Source of the DNA: Eledone cirrhosa
Taxonomy: Eukaryota
Assembly: GCA_964016885.1 (NCBI GenBank)
Contig: OZ024740.1
Span: 322,896,001 to 322,960,000 of the forward strand
DNA: 64,000 nucleotides
Direction of reading: 5' to 3'
Below, piece by piece: positions 1-12,195 of the stretch (positions are counted from its first letter, which is position 1; every line of letters begins with the position of its first letter). The translations under genes were made by a program, and so were the position numbers. The notes below the pieces were generated by a model. That model was not told the DNA's origin. It ran no database searches and was given only the letters and a program-made list of their open reading frames with translations.

Positions 1-160
1 CAAGGGAAAAGTTGATTAATTTAACTATATTTTATCGATTATTGAATGATAAAAGGTAAAGTTGACCTCGGCGGTGTTTGAACTCAGAATGTAAAGAGCC
101 AGAACAAGCAGCACAATGACATTTATCCGGCGCTCTACCAATTCTGACAATCCACCACTT
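1..160 (-). mobile_element. tRNA-derived SINE (main family of this window), diverged copy
   Basis: Reverse complement matches the family consensus (gagttcaaa B-box, cgccgaggtcaactttacctttt, cgataaaata) seen in more than 20 copies. Confidence 0.8.
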
Positions 161-384
161 GATGCTTGTGAAAACGTTTGATTTATCTCAAATGGTTGAA
201 GTCTAGAACAGTTGTCATACGGTATATAATTTAATGTCCCAGCTTTCTGAGTTTAAATGGCGCCACATCCGTCATGGCTTTCTCCCCTGCAGCTGACTAT
301 AGATTAAGTACCAGTAATATACTCTGAGGTAACCAAAATTTCATGGTGTTTTATACCGATGCAAAGAAGTGTTTTAATTCTTGC

Positions 385-740
385 CAATAGCTGTGTGGTT
401 AAAGAATTTGGTTTGTATCCACGTGATTCTAGATTCAATTTCCTTGCGAGGCTCCTCGGTCAAGCGTCTTGCACTATTACCCCTGTTAGACTAACGTGTT
501 GTGAGTGACATTTGATACACGGACACTGTGTGTGTGTGTCTGTTTCCGTGTCTGCGGTTAGCTTAATGTTTGTGTGTATGTTTGTTTCTGTAACTTAGCG
601 TTTCGACCAAAAGACGGAGATTAATAAAACAAGCACCAGACTTGAAAAACATAGTACTGGATGAGGTGGGGGCATATAATTAACTAAATCAAAGTGGTGC
701 TCCAGTATGGCGAATGTCTAATGATTGAAACAAGTAAAAC
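385..740 (+). mobile_element. tRNA-head SINE with CORE-like segment and internal (TG)n
   Basis: gctgtgtggttaa A-box-like head, ggtcaagcgtctt CORE-like segment, tail gtggtgctccagtatggc...tgattgaaacaag (reverse copy of the tail near 8152-8200). Confidence 0.6.
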
Positions 741-1176
741 AATACATAGCATAATAAAAGAACCAAGTCTTACATAGTTTTTTCAAAGTCTTCTATTCAT
801 ATAAACCAAAAAAGCATTTCTTCTTAGTCATCATTTTTCGAAGATGTTTACACAGAAAGGTGGATGCATATATCAAGAATTTCCGTCCAAGACAATCTGA
901 ATCCTGACAAACTAAAAATAACGGAAATTCTATGATCAATACCTCTAAACAAGACTTATTGTAATTAGTTCCGTGTCCAAGACTAACCAACCATGAAACG
1001 CACTCATCTACTTGGCTTATTTTTGTCTCCAGACAAATACAATGGAATTGAAAGAGACTTCTAGAGTGAATACCATTGAAGATGAGGAGAATATTGAGCG
1101 GTGAAATATGTCCTGCCGTGCGAGACGTTGATAGGTAGAAAGAGATGGAGGGAGAGAGAGAGTGATATAGATTGGT

Positions 1177-1243
<67 letters not shown>

Positions 1244-1460
1244 GAAAACGAAGACTAAAATGCAGGTAGCTGGTTCGTTGAACATACATACGTATATGCA
1301 TGCTTGCATGCATATATACATACGTTATACACAAACACACACATATATTTCTGTGTACGTGTGCATATGTCACATAGACATTTATACACACACATGCGCG
1401 CGCTCACACACCACACACATGTATATATATATATATAAAAATACATGCACACACACACAC

Positions 1461-1514
<54 letters not shown>

Positions 1515-1651
1515 GCACACACATATATCATATATGGATGTTTTCTTCGTTTTTCATTCTTCATTCTTCCTTATTTTTATTTTTCCTACAGGCCTGATCC
1601 TAATAAGATTTTGAGTAATTTTTTCCTTGCTTGCCTTCTTGAAACTTGAAC

Positions 1652-1693
<42 letters not shown>

Positions 1694-1707
1694 TACTATA
1701 TATATAT

Positions 1708-2050
1708 AATGTAATCTGAGTTTTTCGAATATCAATAATAATATTCGATTCGTTTGCAATTATGCAAACAGTCACTGTATATTTTAGAAAATATATATTT
1801 TCTCTAGCTCTGACAGTTGGCAGGTGAACAGTAAACTGTACTGATGAAGGGTAATCACCCAGAAACATTAGTGTCTGCAGTTCTGTTTACATGCCAACAC
1901 AGGAGCAAGAATGAGGGGCTCATTCTACTGACATTGCCTAAAGAGGCTGTTTGCATAATTGCAAACTAATCGAATATTATTATTGATATTCGAAAAACTT
2001 AGATTACATTTGTTGTATTCGGCCATGTAGAGCGATAACTACTTGTTAGT
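1708..2050 (+). mobile_element. Fold-back mini-element in (TA)n carrying a hammerhead ribozyme (PLE pseudo-LTR-like)
   Basis: About 63-bp inverted repeats at 1708-1771 and 1947-2010 enclose the HHR; (TA)n on both sides. Confidence 0.75.
1824..1890 (+). ncRNA. Type I hammerhead ribozyme
   Basis: Stem I aactgta/tgcagtt (extended by gtgaacag/ctgtttac), CTGATGA 1841-1847, stem II gggt-aatc-accc, GAAA 1862-1865, short stem III ca-ttag-tg, GTC triplet 1873-1875. Confidence 0.88.
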
Positions 2051-2085
<35 letters not shown>

Positions 2086-2089
2086 CATT

Positions 2090-2520
2090 GGAAGATACTA
2101 TTCAATGCTCCAACAAGATAAAAAAAATGGAGTAATTTACAGAGAAAGTTGTGCATGGGTACCTGAGGCGATAAACAGAGACCCTAGCGGGGATAAATAA
2201 TTCAAAAAGCCTGGCATGGAGTTACGACAAGTTATGATATCCCACCTTGAAGGATATCTTTATGCAATATAGGAACAAGAAATCCTACCAAAGTATGGAC
2301 CAAAGTATGACTGAACTTGGATTTGTGCACAAAGAGCGTAGCTCCCTAATTCATAGACTACAAATGGCTGCGATAGCTGACGCCTTCAACATTTCCAAAA
2401 CATTCTCGCGATTCAAGGGATGACAATTTCTTTTCTTTTACAGCCTTGCCACCAGGAAGGTGACCGGTCAAAAATGTACTCGAAATTAAGAGAAAGAGAA
2501 ACATACATACACATACATAC
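2090..2520 (+). mobile_element. R4/Dong-like non-LTR retrotransposon 3' fragments (degenerate)
   Basis: Disrupted peptides HGYL...EQEILPK and SLIHRLQMAAIADAFNISKTFSRFKG*, then a short UTR and (TACA)n tail. Confidence 0.6.
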
Positions 2521-2524
2521 ATTT

Positions 2525-2762
2525 GTAACATTCACTATCAAAAAGGCATCTCTCAGAGTGATCAGTGCTACTCATCGTTATTTCATTAAACCCACTATCA
2601 TACCTGCTCACAAAATATAGTGGTCATAGAAATGGATCCAGAAATATGTCTCCATCGTTTCTTTGTTGATGATCTGAAATTGTATGGGCTAAATATCAAC
2701 CACTTAAAAAAAATAAACAGTTGGATTTCATTACCCAATTTTCTACAGACATTGGAATGGAA
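2525..2762 (+). pseudogene. Reverse transcriptase fragment (R4/Dong-like)
   Basis: HRFFVDDLKLYG catalytic motif followed after a frameshift by KQLDFITQFSTDIGME. Confidence 0.75.
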
Positions 2763-3791
2763 TATCCTACTTTCTTAATTTTAAAATAAATTAAACCCAC
2801 ATTACGGGACGTCGTTCGATATACACTGTTTCATGGAAAGATACACGTTTTCGAGCGTCGGACGAAATGCTTAGCGGTATATGTTCCATCTCTTTACGAT
2901 ATGAGTTCAAATTGTGCCTCGAGTGACATGAAAAGTGAAGACGTTTCTGCTAAGGTTTCCGCCCAACATATAGCATCAGCATTGGGAAGACCTATGAAAC
3001 CATACCTTCTTTGATCCAATATGGAAAATTGTGTTCTTTCTTGTTCTTTAACACATAAAATGTTTGTGCAAACGGGTGATGAAAAATTCTTAAAATTACA
3101 AACAATTACTCAGATCTTTTAGAAAAAATAACCTCAACCCTCCCCACAACAATATAAATTGCATATGTTAGAGCCTGGAAACCTGAGTCCCTGTACTCAT
3201 TTACATGACAAGAATGGAACTGGGTTAATTCCCCGGGCTTTGTCAAACTGGAGCAGGTATAGAGAAAACGGACGTTAAAAATGATATTTTGAACTTTCTT
3301 TGTGCTTATCGTCATGTATCTGAGCTAAGTGTTATACATATAAACAATACACTTTAAGGCCTGGAGAACCAAGGACTTTTACGGCTTAACTTCTCGTTGA
3401 AACACTATGTGTAGATATATTATTCATTAGTGAAACAAGAACGGGATTTATAATACGGGCCATTAATATTCTAAAATACGTTTTCGAACTTCTAACTCAA
3501 CTATCAATTAATTATTTGCAAGGAACTTTAGAAAGGCCTCAGGACAAAACCGTTGCGGTTTTTTCTAAACTGACATTATCTTTTTTCAAAATTTTAAAAG
3601 GTCAACCATAACGAAAAACAACAACAAAAAAAATGTGTTTTTGCAGATTTTATAAAATGTTTTCTGACAGAGTTAGACATACACTAAACATGAACAGACA
3701 TTAAAAACTATAAAGTAGATAAAAGTTTGGAAAATGTACAAGAAATTTCCATTACACCCCCCACACACACACATACATATATATATACCAT

Positions 3792-3853
<62 letters not shown>

Positions 3854-3898
3854 TATATGTATATATAATGGTATATATATATATATATATGTATATAT

Positions 3899-3960
<62 letters not shown>

Positions 3961-4233
3961 TTAGGGAAGATTTTCCTGAGCTTTAAACATTAAATTCTTG
4001 TCAGTTTGTAGTTGCATAAGTTGTACTCAATATAGGTAATTTAAATTGATTTAACCTTTAAGGTCTAAGGTCTTAGATTCTATGTTTTAAACAGTCGAAG
4101 CATCTTTTGTGATGGCGCAGGCTAGAAACAGGATTTGATGAGGTCTGTATGGAAACACCGAAGTTTGATGACTGCAGACTTCTGTAATTACGGATGTAGA
4201 ATACACTAATCTACTTCTCTCTTCCTCCCCCAC

Positions 4234-4295
<62 letters not shown>

Positions 4296-4669
4296 GTTAC
4301 TGTATAATATAATGTATGTATAACGTGTGTATATGTAAGATGTGTAGCGTATTATGTAGAAACGTTAAAAGTTCATGGTTTTAAATTATTCTCGGCTCAC
4401 AATGTCAATTAAAGTAGTGTGCACTTAACTACCTGTTCAGCACGCCGAAGACTCCTTGGGATATTTCACAATGTCATTATTTTAGATTACCTTCAAAGTG
4501 ATGGGTTTGCATAAATGTTAGTGTCAACGACAAAATACTTTGTGATATTTAAGCCGACTCCTTACGTTCCAAGTTCAAACACCACCAAGGTTAATAAACC
4601 TCACATACTTCCGGGGTCAATAAAATAAAGCCACAATAAATGACAATGGATTGAAACAATTATTATAGG

Positions 4670-4850
4670 ATCGGACGAGAAAATGTATTGTGTTATCTGT
4701 TCTGGCTCTTTGCGTTCTGAGTTCAAATCCAACCGTGGTCAACTTTACCTTTTATACATCCGGTGTCGATGAAATATATGACTAGTCAAGTATTGGAGTC
4801 AATTTAATTGGATTTCTTCATTCCGACAATTGCTGACCTTGTGCCTAAAC
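4670..4850 (+). mobile_element. Main-family SINE
   Basis: ttctgagttcaaatcc B-box, gtcaactttacc, ccttgtgccta tail. Confidence 0.7.
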
Positions 4851-5519
4851 TCGCTGCATTTTTGACTAAATACGTCATATATGACGGTGGCGCCCATATA
4901 CTCTATCAGGAGTTCAGATAACCCAAACACACGAACATAATTATGGCCTATTCGACATATACATGATGGCTGCCCCGCCGTTATCGAGTATGGCCATTGC
5001 ACGATATAAGATTGTTAAAAATTATCAATTAATGGTCTCATGCAATGCCAGTGCGTGAAGATTTTTTTTAAAGTGAGGAAAGACTGTGCACTGAGCCAAT
5101 CCCACTCTCTGAGCGACAGTAGCTATAACCCGAAAAGAAGAAAACATCAACATCATCGGTAACTACTGAGTTACAGGTTTTATGTCGGAGTTATTCCAGT
5201 TTCCTGAGCTGCCTTCTCCTAGAAGAATGCCCTGATAAAAGCTAGGGGTCCTTCACTCTCAGTGGTTTAATCGCGTGATCGGGTATCCTGCCCGATTATT
5301 TCTGTCGTCGCGCATATACATACACATGCATAAATGTATATACATATATACATATATAAATATAAATGTATACACATACATAAATGTATATACATATATA
5401 CATATATACATATATAAATATAAATGTATACACATACATAAATGTATATACATATATACATATATACATATATAAATATAAATGTATACACATGTACATG
5501 TATATATATATATTTACAC

Positions 5520-5718
5520 ATTTTTGGATGGCCGTTGACTCTTATGAGTTCTTTCGCCCTTTGTCAGGTTTTGTTTTTTGTCCTGCAGGGTGTCCAAAAT
5601 CATTACCCACCTCACCAAATAAACTTGGTGGGGGTTGCCGGTTTAGTCGCTTCCGACCAGACCATGCGACGGGTTGTATTGGGTTACATGTTACCAGTAG
5701 CACTCAAGAGTGACGCGA
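5520..5718 (-). mobile_element. Diverged partial (5' part) copy of the ~610-bp (TACA)n-associated element
   Basis: Aligns by eye with 6236-6428. Confidence 0.75.
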
Positions 5719-5820
5719 CATACATACATACATTCATACATACATTCATACATACATACATACATACATACATACATACATACATACATACATACATACA
5801 TACATACATACATACATACA

Positions 5821-6428
5821 TGGTGGCTGCCAACTCGTTTTCGAGTACGGCCACTACTTTATATCCATGTAGGAGAACCTCTACCGAAGCGCTGAACGAG
5901 TGTGACTTTTTAGTCCAGCCAGCGACTTGAAAACTCTGGTACAAACACTACACTTGTGACAATTATTGACACATAGTGCTGGGCCCATGGTACCATGTGA
6001 GGACAAGTGCAGAGAGATCTCCAGATATAAAGCAATGCCTGTGCCATGAAGCTTTTATAGTGAGCAAAGGCACTGCACAAAGCCAGTCCCACTCTCTTAA
6101 CCAAGATGATATTTACCAAAAAGAAGAACAAGTCAACATCATTGGATACCATCAGGGTTGCAGGTGTTATATCAGAGTTTTCCTTCTCCTAGAATTCTGC
6201 CTTGACAAAGGCTAAGGGATCATCTCTCCCGGTGATTTTGGATGGCCATTGACTCTTAAGAGCTCCTTTGCCCTTTGACAGGTTTTGTTTTTAGTCCTGC
6301 AGGATGTCCAAAGTCACCCTCCTCACCAAGAAACCTTGGTGGGGTTGCCAGTTTAGTCGCCAACGACCCGACCATGAGACAGGTTGTACTGGGATACATG
6401 TTACCAGTAGCACCAACTGGTGACCTGA
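5821..6428 (-). mobile_element. ~610-bp non-autonomous retroelement flanked by (TACA)n
   Basis: Near-identical copies at 10470-11028 and 43826-44372; contains RTE-5'UTR-like ctaggagaaggaaaactctga; 3' hairpin gtggccgtactcg-aaaa-cgagttggcagccac followed by (ATGT)n. Confidence 0.8.
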
Positions 6429-6748
6429 CATACATACATACATACATACATACATACATACATACATACATACATACATACATACATACATACATACATA
6501 AAACACACTAATATATATACTTATATATTCATATTTTGAAATTTGAAATTTGAAATGCAGTCATCACCCAGGAAATAACAATAATAATCGTTGAGAAAAT
6601 CGGGTAAATTACCTCTGAAACAGAAAAAGTTGTCAGAGGCAACCTTTCCCCTCACCAGATACACTTTATCTGATTTTCTCTTCTACTATCTATAGTGATC
6701 ATCTATTATTGTAGTCATTTACATAAGGACGACTACGTTTAATATATG

Positions 6749-6837
<89 letters not shown>

Positions 6838-6843
<6 letters not shown>

Positions 6844-7140
6844 ATACTTGGGGAGGGTCATATTTGTGTAATAACAGAACACACTCACTGTTTGGTTGGT
6901 GTTCATCAGAACTACGCACTCCTCTGCCTTGTTTACGAAGGCAGGGGAGTACGTGGCTTTGACGAACGCCAACCAGAGTGAAACAGACTGTCAGCTTCTC
7001 TCCCTTCTTTCGCCAAAAAGAAGTAAGTGACATAGTCACTACTTTAAAATTGATAGCGCATGGTCTTCTAAACATACGGAATATTGCCATATATAGTATA
7101 CATACATTCATGTATACATCGCTATTTCAGAGCACCAATC
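6838..7140. mobile_element. (TA)n-embedded element (family B) with long hairpin 6887-6980
   Basis: Motif ttgttatacttggggagggtca shared with 17713, 17945-18070 and 62245-62360; about 43-bp imperfect inverted arms. Confidence 0.6.
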
Positions 7141-7156
7141 CTAATATATATATATA

Positions 7157-7380
7157 TGAAGGCGTGTGGCTGAGTGGTTAGAGAATTGGATTCGCAATCG
7201 TGAGGTTGTGAGTTCGATTCATGGACCAGGCGATACGTTATGTCCTTGAGCAAGACACTTTATTTCACGTTGCTCCTTCTACCTGGAGTTGCGACCGATA
7301 GATAGTATTAGCAATTGGAAAGACCAACGGAAACATTGTTCCCTCGGTCCGATTTGACGAAAGTCGATCGTTCCTAAAAA
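7157..7380 (+). mobile_element. tRNA-derived CORE-like SINE with distinct tail
   Basis: A-box tggctgagtgg, B-box gagttcgattc, gtccttgagcaagacactt CORE-like motif; second copy at 30740-30960. Confidence 0.8.
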
Positions 7381-7385
7381 TAATA

Positions 7386-7457
<72 letters not shown>

Positions 7458-7924
7458 TCACGCACATATACACTCACATACACATATACACACTACACCT
7501 ACACCACACACACACACATATGAAATACTTATTACACTGATTGCTAGCAACATATCCATTTTCAATCAGATTTCAAGATTCTGTTGCTGTCGGAGATGTA
7601 ATAATCGATATATAATATTGTAAAAAACAAAAGATATGTTATTGCTGCTACACGGGATCAATTTCAAATATCTTCATATAAAGCAATAATGCTTCTTCAA
7701 ATAGACATAGAGCCTTCGGTAGGTAGAGTTGAGTTTCTTGCCCAAGGAAACAACATCTGCAATTGAAAATCTGGTTCTTATTGATATCTGTCTTAAGGTA
7801 AATGTACTTGGATATTACATGCAAGGATGTGTTGATACACACACACACAATCACAATCACACACACACACGCATATATATATATACTAGTATGTACACAC
7901 ACATTCTCTTTCTTTCTCTCTCTC

Positions 7925-7960
<36 letters not shown>

Positions 7961-8064
7961 TCTCTATCCCTCTCTCTCTCCCCCTCTCTCTCTCTCTATC
8001 TATTTATCTATCTATTTATCTATCTGTATATCTATTTATCTAACTATTTATCTCTCTCTTCCTT

Positions 8065-8151
<87 letters not shown>

Positions 8152-8364
8152 TTTTACTGGTTTCAGTCATTAGACTACGGCTGGGCTGGGACACCACCCT
8201 ATACCCCCCCCCCCCCCTCCACATATATATATACATTGAGTGAAGGACTTTAATCTTATAATTATTCTTTTCCTTTAATTTCTTTTTTAACGATTGATAA
8301 GGATTTTGAATACAACATTAGTATGAACAACTTGTCGTGATGTTAACACTACAACATCAGGGAT

Positions 8365-8532
8365 GAAGAAGAAAGAAGAAGAAGAAGAAGAAGAAGAAGA
8401 AGAAGAAGAAGAAGAAGAAGAAGAAGAAGAAGAAAAAGAAGAAGAAGAAGAAGAAGAAGAAGAAGAAGAAGAAGAAGAAGAAGAAGAAGAAGAAAAAGAA
8501 GAAGAAGAAGAAGAAGAAGAAGAAGGAGGAGG
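8365..8532. repeat. (GAA)n microsatellite
   Basis: Direct observation. Confidence 0.95.
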
Positions 8533-8844
8533 ACGCTAGACCGACATAGCGACATAACGATAGTGTTTATAATAAATCCTTTCAGTTTAATTGCCAAGAC
8601 GCGATTGACTAAACATGCTGAGAGACTGAGAGAAAGAACAACGTTTATCTTTCATGGAATCCACTGAAGCAGACGACCTTTACTGGGAGATCACACACAG
8701 CTCACTGTTGTCAAAGAATCATTAGAAAACGATACAAAGTTGAAATTCCATTGAGTCACGCAATCATCTCATCAATTTAACTTCATACACATCGATTCCA
8801 CAAGCAGCTCTTGTAAAACCTCAGACAACAGACATTTTATACAA

Positions 8845-9400
8845 TAATAATTGTTTCTACTTTTGGCACAAGGCCCGCAATTTTAAGGGAAGGAGAAAGT
8901 CGATTAAATCGACCCAGTGCGTTACTAGTACTTTAGTTTATTGAACTCTTAAGGATGAAAGGCAAAACTAAACTCGGCGAGATTTGAACCCAGCGAGCGC
9001 AGAGAGCCGAAATGAATAGCGCAAAATATTCTATCCAACGTTCTTACAACTTTTCCAACTCACTGCATCTATTAATAATTCTTTCTAGCATTGACACAAG
9101 GCCAACTATTTGAGGGAAGAAGAAATTAATTTAAATCAACCCTAGTACGTGTCTTGTACTTTATTTTATCGAAGGATGAATGTCTCGGTTGGCCACCACG
9201 AAATTTAGACTAAGAAATGTAGATGACCGGAACAAATAATGGTTTCTGATTTAGGCACAAGGCCAGAAATTTGGGGAAGAGAGGCAAGCCATTTAAATCA
9301 ACCCCGGTACATTACTGGTGCATTATTTTATCGACCCCGTAAGGAGGAACGAGAACAAATAATGCAAAGCATTTTCACTGACGTTCTACTGATTCTGTAG
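8845..9400 (-). mobile_element. Three tandem main-family SINE copies
   Basis: Recurrent ggcacaaggcc...gtcgattaaatcgaccc...ttttatcga blocks. Confidence 0.75.
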
Positions 9401-9512
9401 CGAGTGTTGAAACATTTATTGAAGTTGTGTTCAACATATATGTAAGCATGTATGTATGCATGTATGTATGCATGTATGTATGCATGTATGTATGCATATA
9501 TGTATGCATATA

Positions 9513-9564
<52 letters not shown>

Positions 9565-9654
9565 TGTAAGTAAGTAAGTAAGTAAGTAAGTATGTATCTA
9601 TGTAAGTAAGTATGTATCTATGTAAGTAAGTATGTATCTATGTAAGTATGTATG

Positions 9655-10378
9655 TTCTTCTGGTTTTATAATTTCACAAATTTTGCCAATAGAGAGAGAG
9701 TCGGTTTCTAACATAGATACAAGACTCTCTCATTGGAATTTACACAACATCAACTAGGTAGATATTTATGCATGTATATGTGTGGTGCAGATATGGATGT
9801 TATTGCATGTGTGGATGTGGATGTTTCGAGTTGTATGTGTGCATGTGCATACGCTTTGTATCTGTACATGTGTATATGCAGTTATTAGATGTAAATTTTT
9901 TGGAATGTTTTACATATTTTTACTGTTCCATTAATGGATTGTACTTGTAATTTCATAACTAGTTGTGTTCTTTCTGTTTCCTGTGAAGTCCAGCTTCTCA
10001 AGATTTTTATTGAGGCAGTTATTAACATATCCCAGTGCCCCAATAATCAGGGCCATAAATCTGAAGGTATAGTCAGGGTGGAGTATCTGCAGATTTCTCA
10101 TTAGTTCTGGATAAATATTCTCCTTTTCGCTAATCTTTGATATTATATTGGCATCTGCTGGGCAGCTAACTTCCACTACTGTGTATGCCTTCTTTTCCCT
10201 CTTCCATATCATATCTGGTCTGTTATGCCTGCATTTTATTGGGGGTTTTTACTGGAACATTCCACCAGTACTCTTTCATATTATGTATATGTATGTCTTC
10301 ACATTGCTGTAGCTTTTAATGTGTTTATTATCAGGGCTATCTTTTCTACGGATTGTATCGTACAATGTGTTGGCCACT
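9655..10378 (-). mobile_element. 5'-truncated R4/Dong-like LINE: restriction-like endonuclease domain plus 3' UTR
   Basis: IVANTLYDTIRRKD...EYWWNVP...RPDMIW...VVEVSCPADANI..KISEKENIYPEL...ALIIGALG (PD-(D/E)xK type); (TACA)n-type repeats on both sides. Confidence 0.82.
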
Positions 10379-10469
10379 ATGTATGTATGTATGTATGTAT
10401 GTATGTATGTATGTATGTATGTATGTATGTATGTATGTATGTATGTATGTATGTATGTACGTATGTATG

Positions 10470-11028
10470 TCTCATGGTCGGGTCGTTGGCGACTAAACTG
10501 GCAACCCCACCAAGGTTTCTTGGTGAGGAGGGTGACTTTGGACATCCTGCAGGACTAAAAACAAAACCTGTCAAAGGGCAAAGGAGCTCTTAAGAGTCAA
10601 TGGCCATCCAAAATCACCGGGAGAGATGTCCCCTTAGCCTTTATCAAGGCAGAATTCTAGGAGAAGGAAAACTCTGATATAACACCTGCAACTCTGATGG
10701 TATCCAATGATGTTGACTTGTTCTTCTTTTTGGTAAATATCATCTTGGTTAAGAGAGTGGGACTGGCTTTGTGCAGTGCCTTTGCTCACTATAAAAGCTT
10801 CACGGCACAGGCATTGCTTTATATCTGGAGATTTCTCTGCACTTATCGTCACATGGTACCAACGGCCCAGCACTATGTGTCAATAATTGTCACAAGTGTA
10901 GTGTTTGTACCAGAGTTTTCAAGTCGCTGGCTGGACTAAAAAGTCACACTCGTTCAGCGCATTTGTAGGAGTTCTCCTACATGGATATAAAGTAGTGGCC
11001 GTACTCGAAAACGAGTTGGCAACCACCA
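10470..11028 (+). mobile_element. ~610-bp non-autonomous element, 5'-truncated copy
   Basis: Reverse complement of 5821-6378; (TATG)n on both sides. Confidence 0.85.
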
Positions 11029-11284
11029 TGTATGTATGTATGTCTTCTCTCTTTCACTAAATTTTGATTTCACCAGAATGTGTAATACCAAAAGTAGGTG
11101 ACGGAAAGAGGGTGGGTGGGTTGAATACTTACTGTGTTGTAATAAAACCCGTTACTATAACTGTATTGTTGCAATATACCTTTGGACTATTACTGTACTG
11201 TTATAATATAACTCTGTATCAAGTTATATATATGTAACACCATTTTCATAGCATTTGTTTTTACTAAAATATTTCAAGTTGAAT

Positions 11285-11451
11285 TATCCGTATGTGGCTG
11301 ACGGCTGGGAGAAAGGAGTACTCAATACCGAAATAGATTTTATTCAATATTATTAAGGCTAAGAACTTAATCTTGTTACTCTGGAGTTTCGCCTGATTAT
11401 TACAGTTATTAGAGTAACACGACTCACTTTTTAGCCTTAATAATATTGAAT

Positions 11452-11452
<1 letters not shown>
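11285..11452 (-). mobile_element. Fold-back mini-element with 3' half of a hammerhead
   Basis: Inverted repeats 11341-11362 and 11431-11452; minus strand reads GAAActc-ca-gagTA then gtattgagtact downstream. Confidence 0.6.
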
Positions 11453-11521
<69 letters not shown>

Positions 11522-11807
11522 GCACCTATAGTTTTATATATATATATACATAGCTATCGGTGCGTATCTTTGAGTGGGTATAGAGTCTGATACAGATATC
11601 TATTTTACTATATTTACATATAGATTATTTTCGTCGCACTATTTGAGACTTGGCCAATGACATTGTTATCATAAAACCATTAAATTACTCCGCATTTCTC
11701 TCAACCTCTTCACTCTCCTGTCATCTGTTAATGAAGAGTTTTTTTTTTTTTTTTTTGTAAACTGTAAAAGTATGTTTTGTATGAAAACCTTAAATATCTC
11801 TCTACAG

Positions 11808-11907
11808 CTTCCCCTTTGGGCCTGTTGCCATTGATATCTCCGTGGCCCTCGGTCACAGGAAAGCTCGGTGCATCTTGCCTGAGGAAGGAGTCTATAAGAT
11901 GGAATAG
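11808..11907 (+). CDS. Possible terminal coding exon of an unidentified gene
   Basis: Acceptor tatctctctacag, GC-richer non-repetitive frame FPFGPVAIDISVALGHRKARCILPEEGVYKME*; no homologue recognised. Confidence 0.25.
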
Positions 11908-12076
11908 CTGTTGCAGTAATATTTTCACCATCATGTGTGCAGGGCGCAGCTGATATCTAACACCTAGCCGAGTTTGTCTTCTTTTCTTCCCTTTCCTTTT
12001 TTAAACCTCTTCCCTTCTTTTTCTTCTTTCTCTTTCTCTGTTCTTTGTTTATAATGATCGTTCAATCTAGTTAGAA

Positions 12077-12195
12077 TGACGTAATTACCTAATGACGTCA
12101 TCGTATCTAAATGAAATGAACCTTATAAGAAATGTTTAAATGATTGAAAATATAATTTATCTCTCTTTGTTGTATTTTACAAAATGGCAGCTAAA
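12077..12195. promoter_or_regulatory. CRE/ATF-like sites plus YY1-like motif
   Basis: TGACGTAA 12077-12084, palindromic TGACGTCA 12093-12100, AAAATGGC 12181-12188 in unique sequence. Confidence 0.3.

Noticed and set aside
6335-6428. HDV-like ribozyme at the 5' end of the 610-bp element (gtcg-ttgg-cgaCTAA)
   Set aside because: A P4/J4-2-like part is present, but L3 is too short and P1/P2 pairings are not conserved in the diverged 5.6-kb copy.
6895-6915. CTGATGA on the minus strand
   Set aside because: It lies within a long hairpin arm with no GAAA or stem III at a suitable distance.
7157-7230. tRNA gene
   Set aside because: A/B boxes are present but there is no complete cloverleaf, and it continues into a SINE body present in multiple copies.
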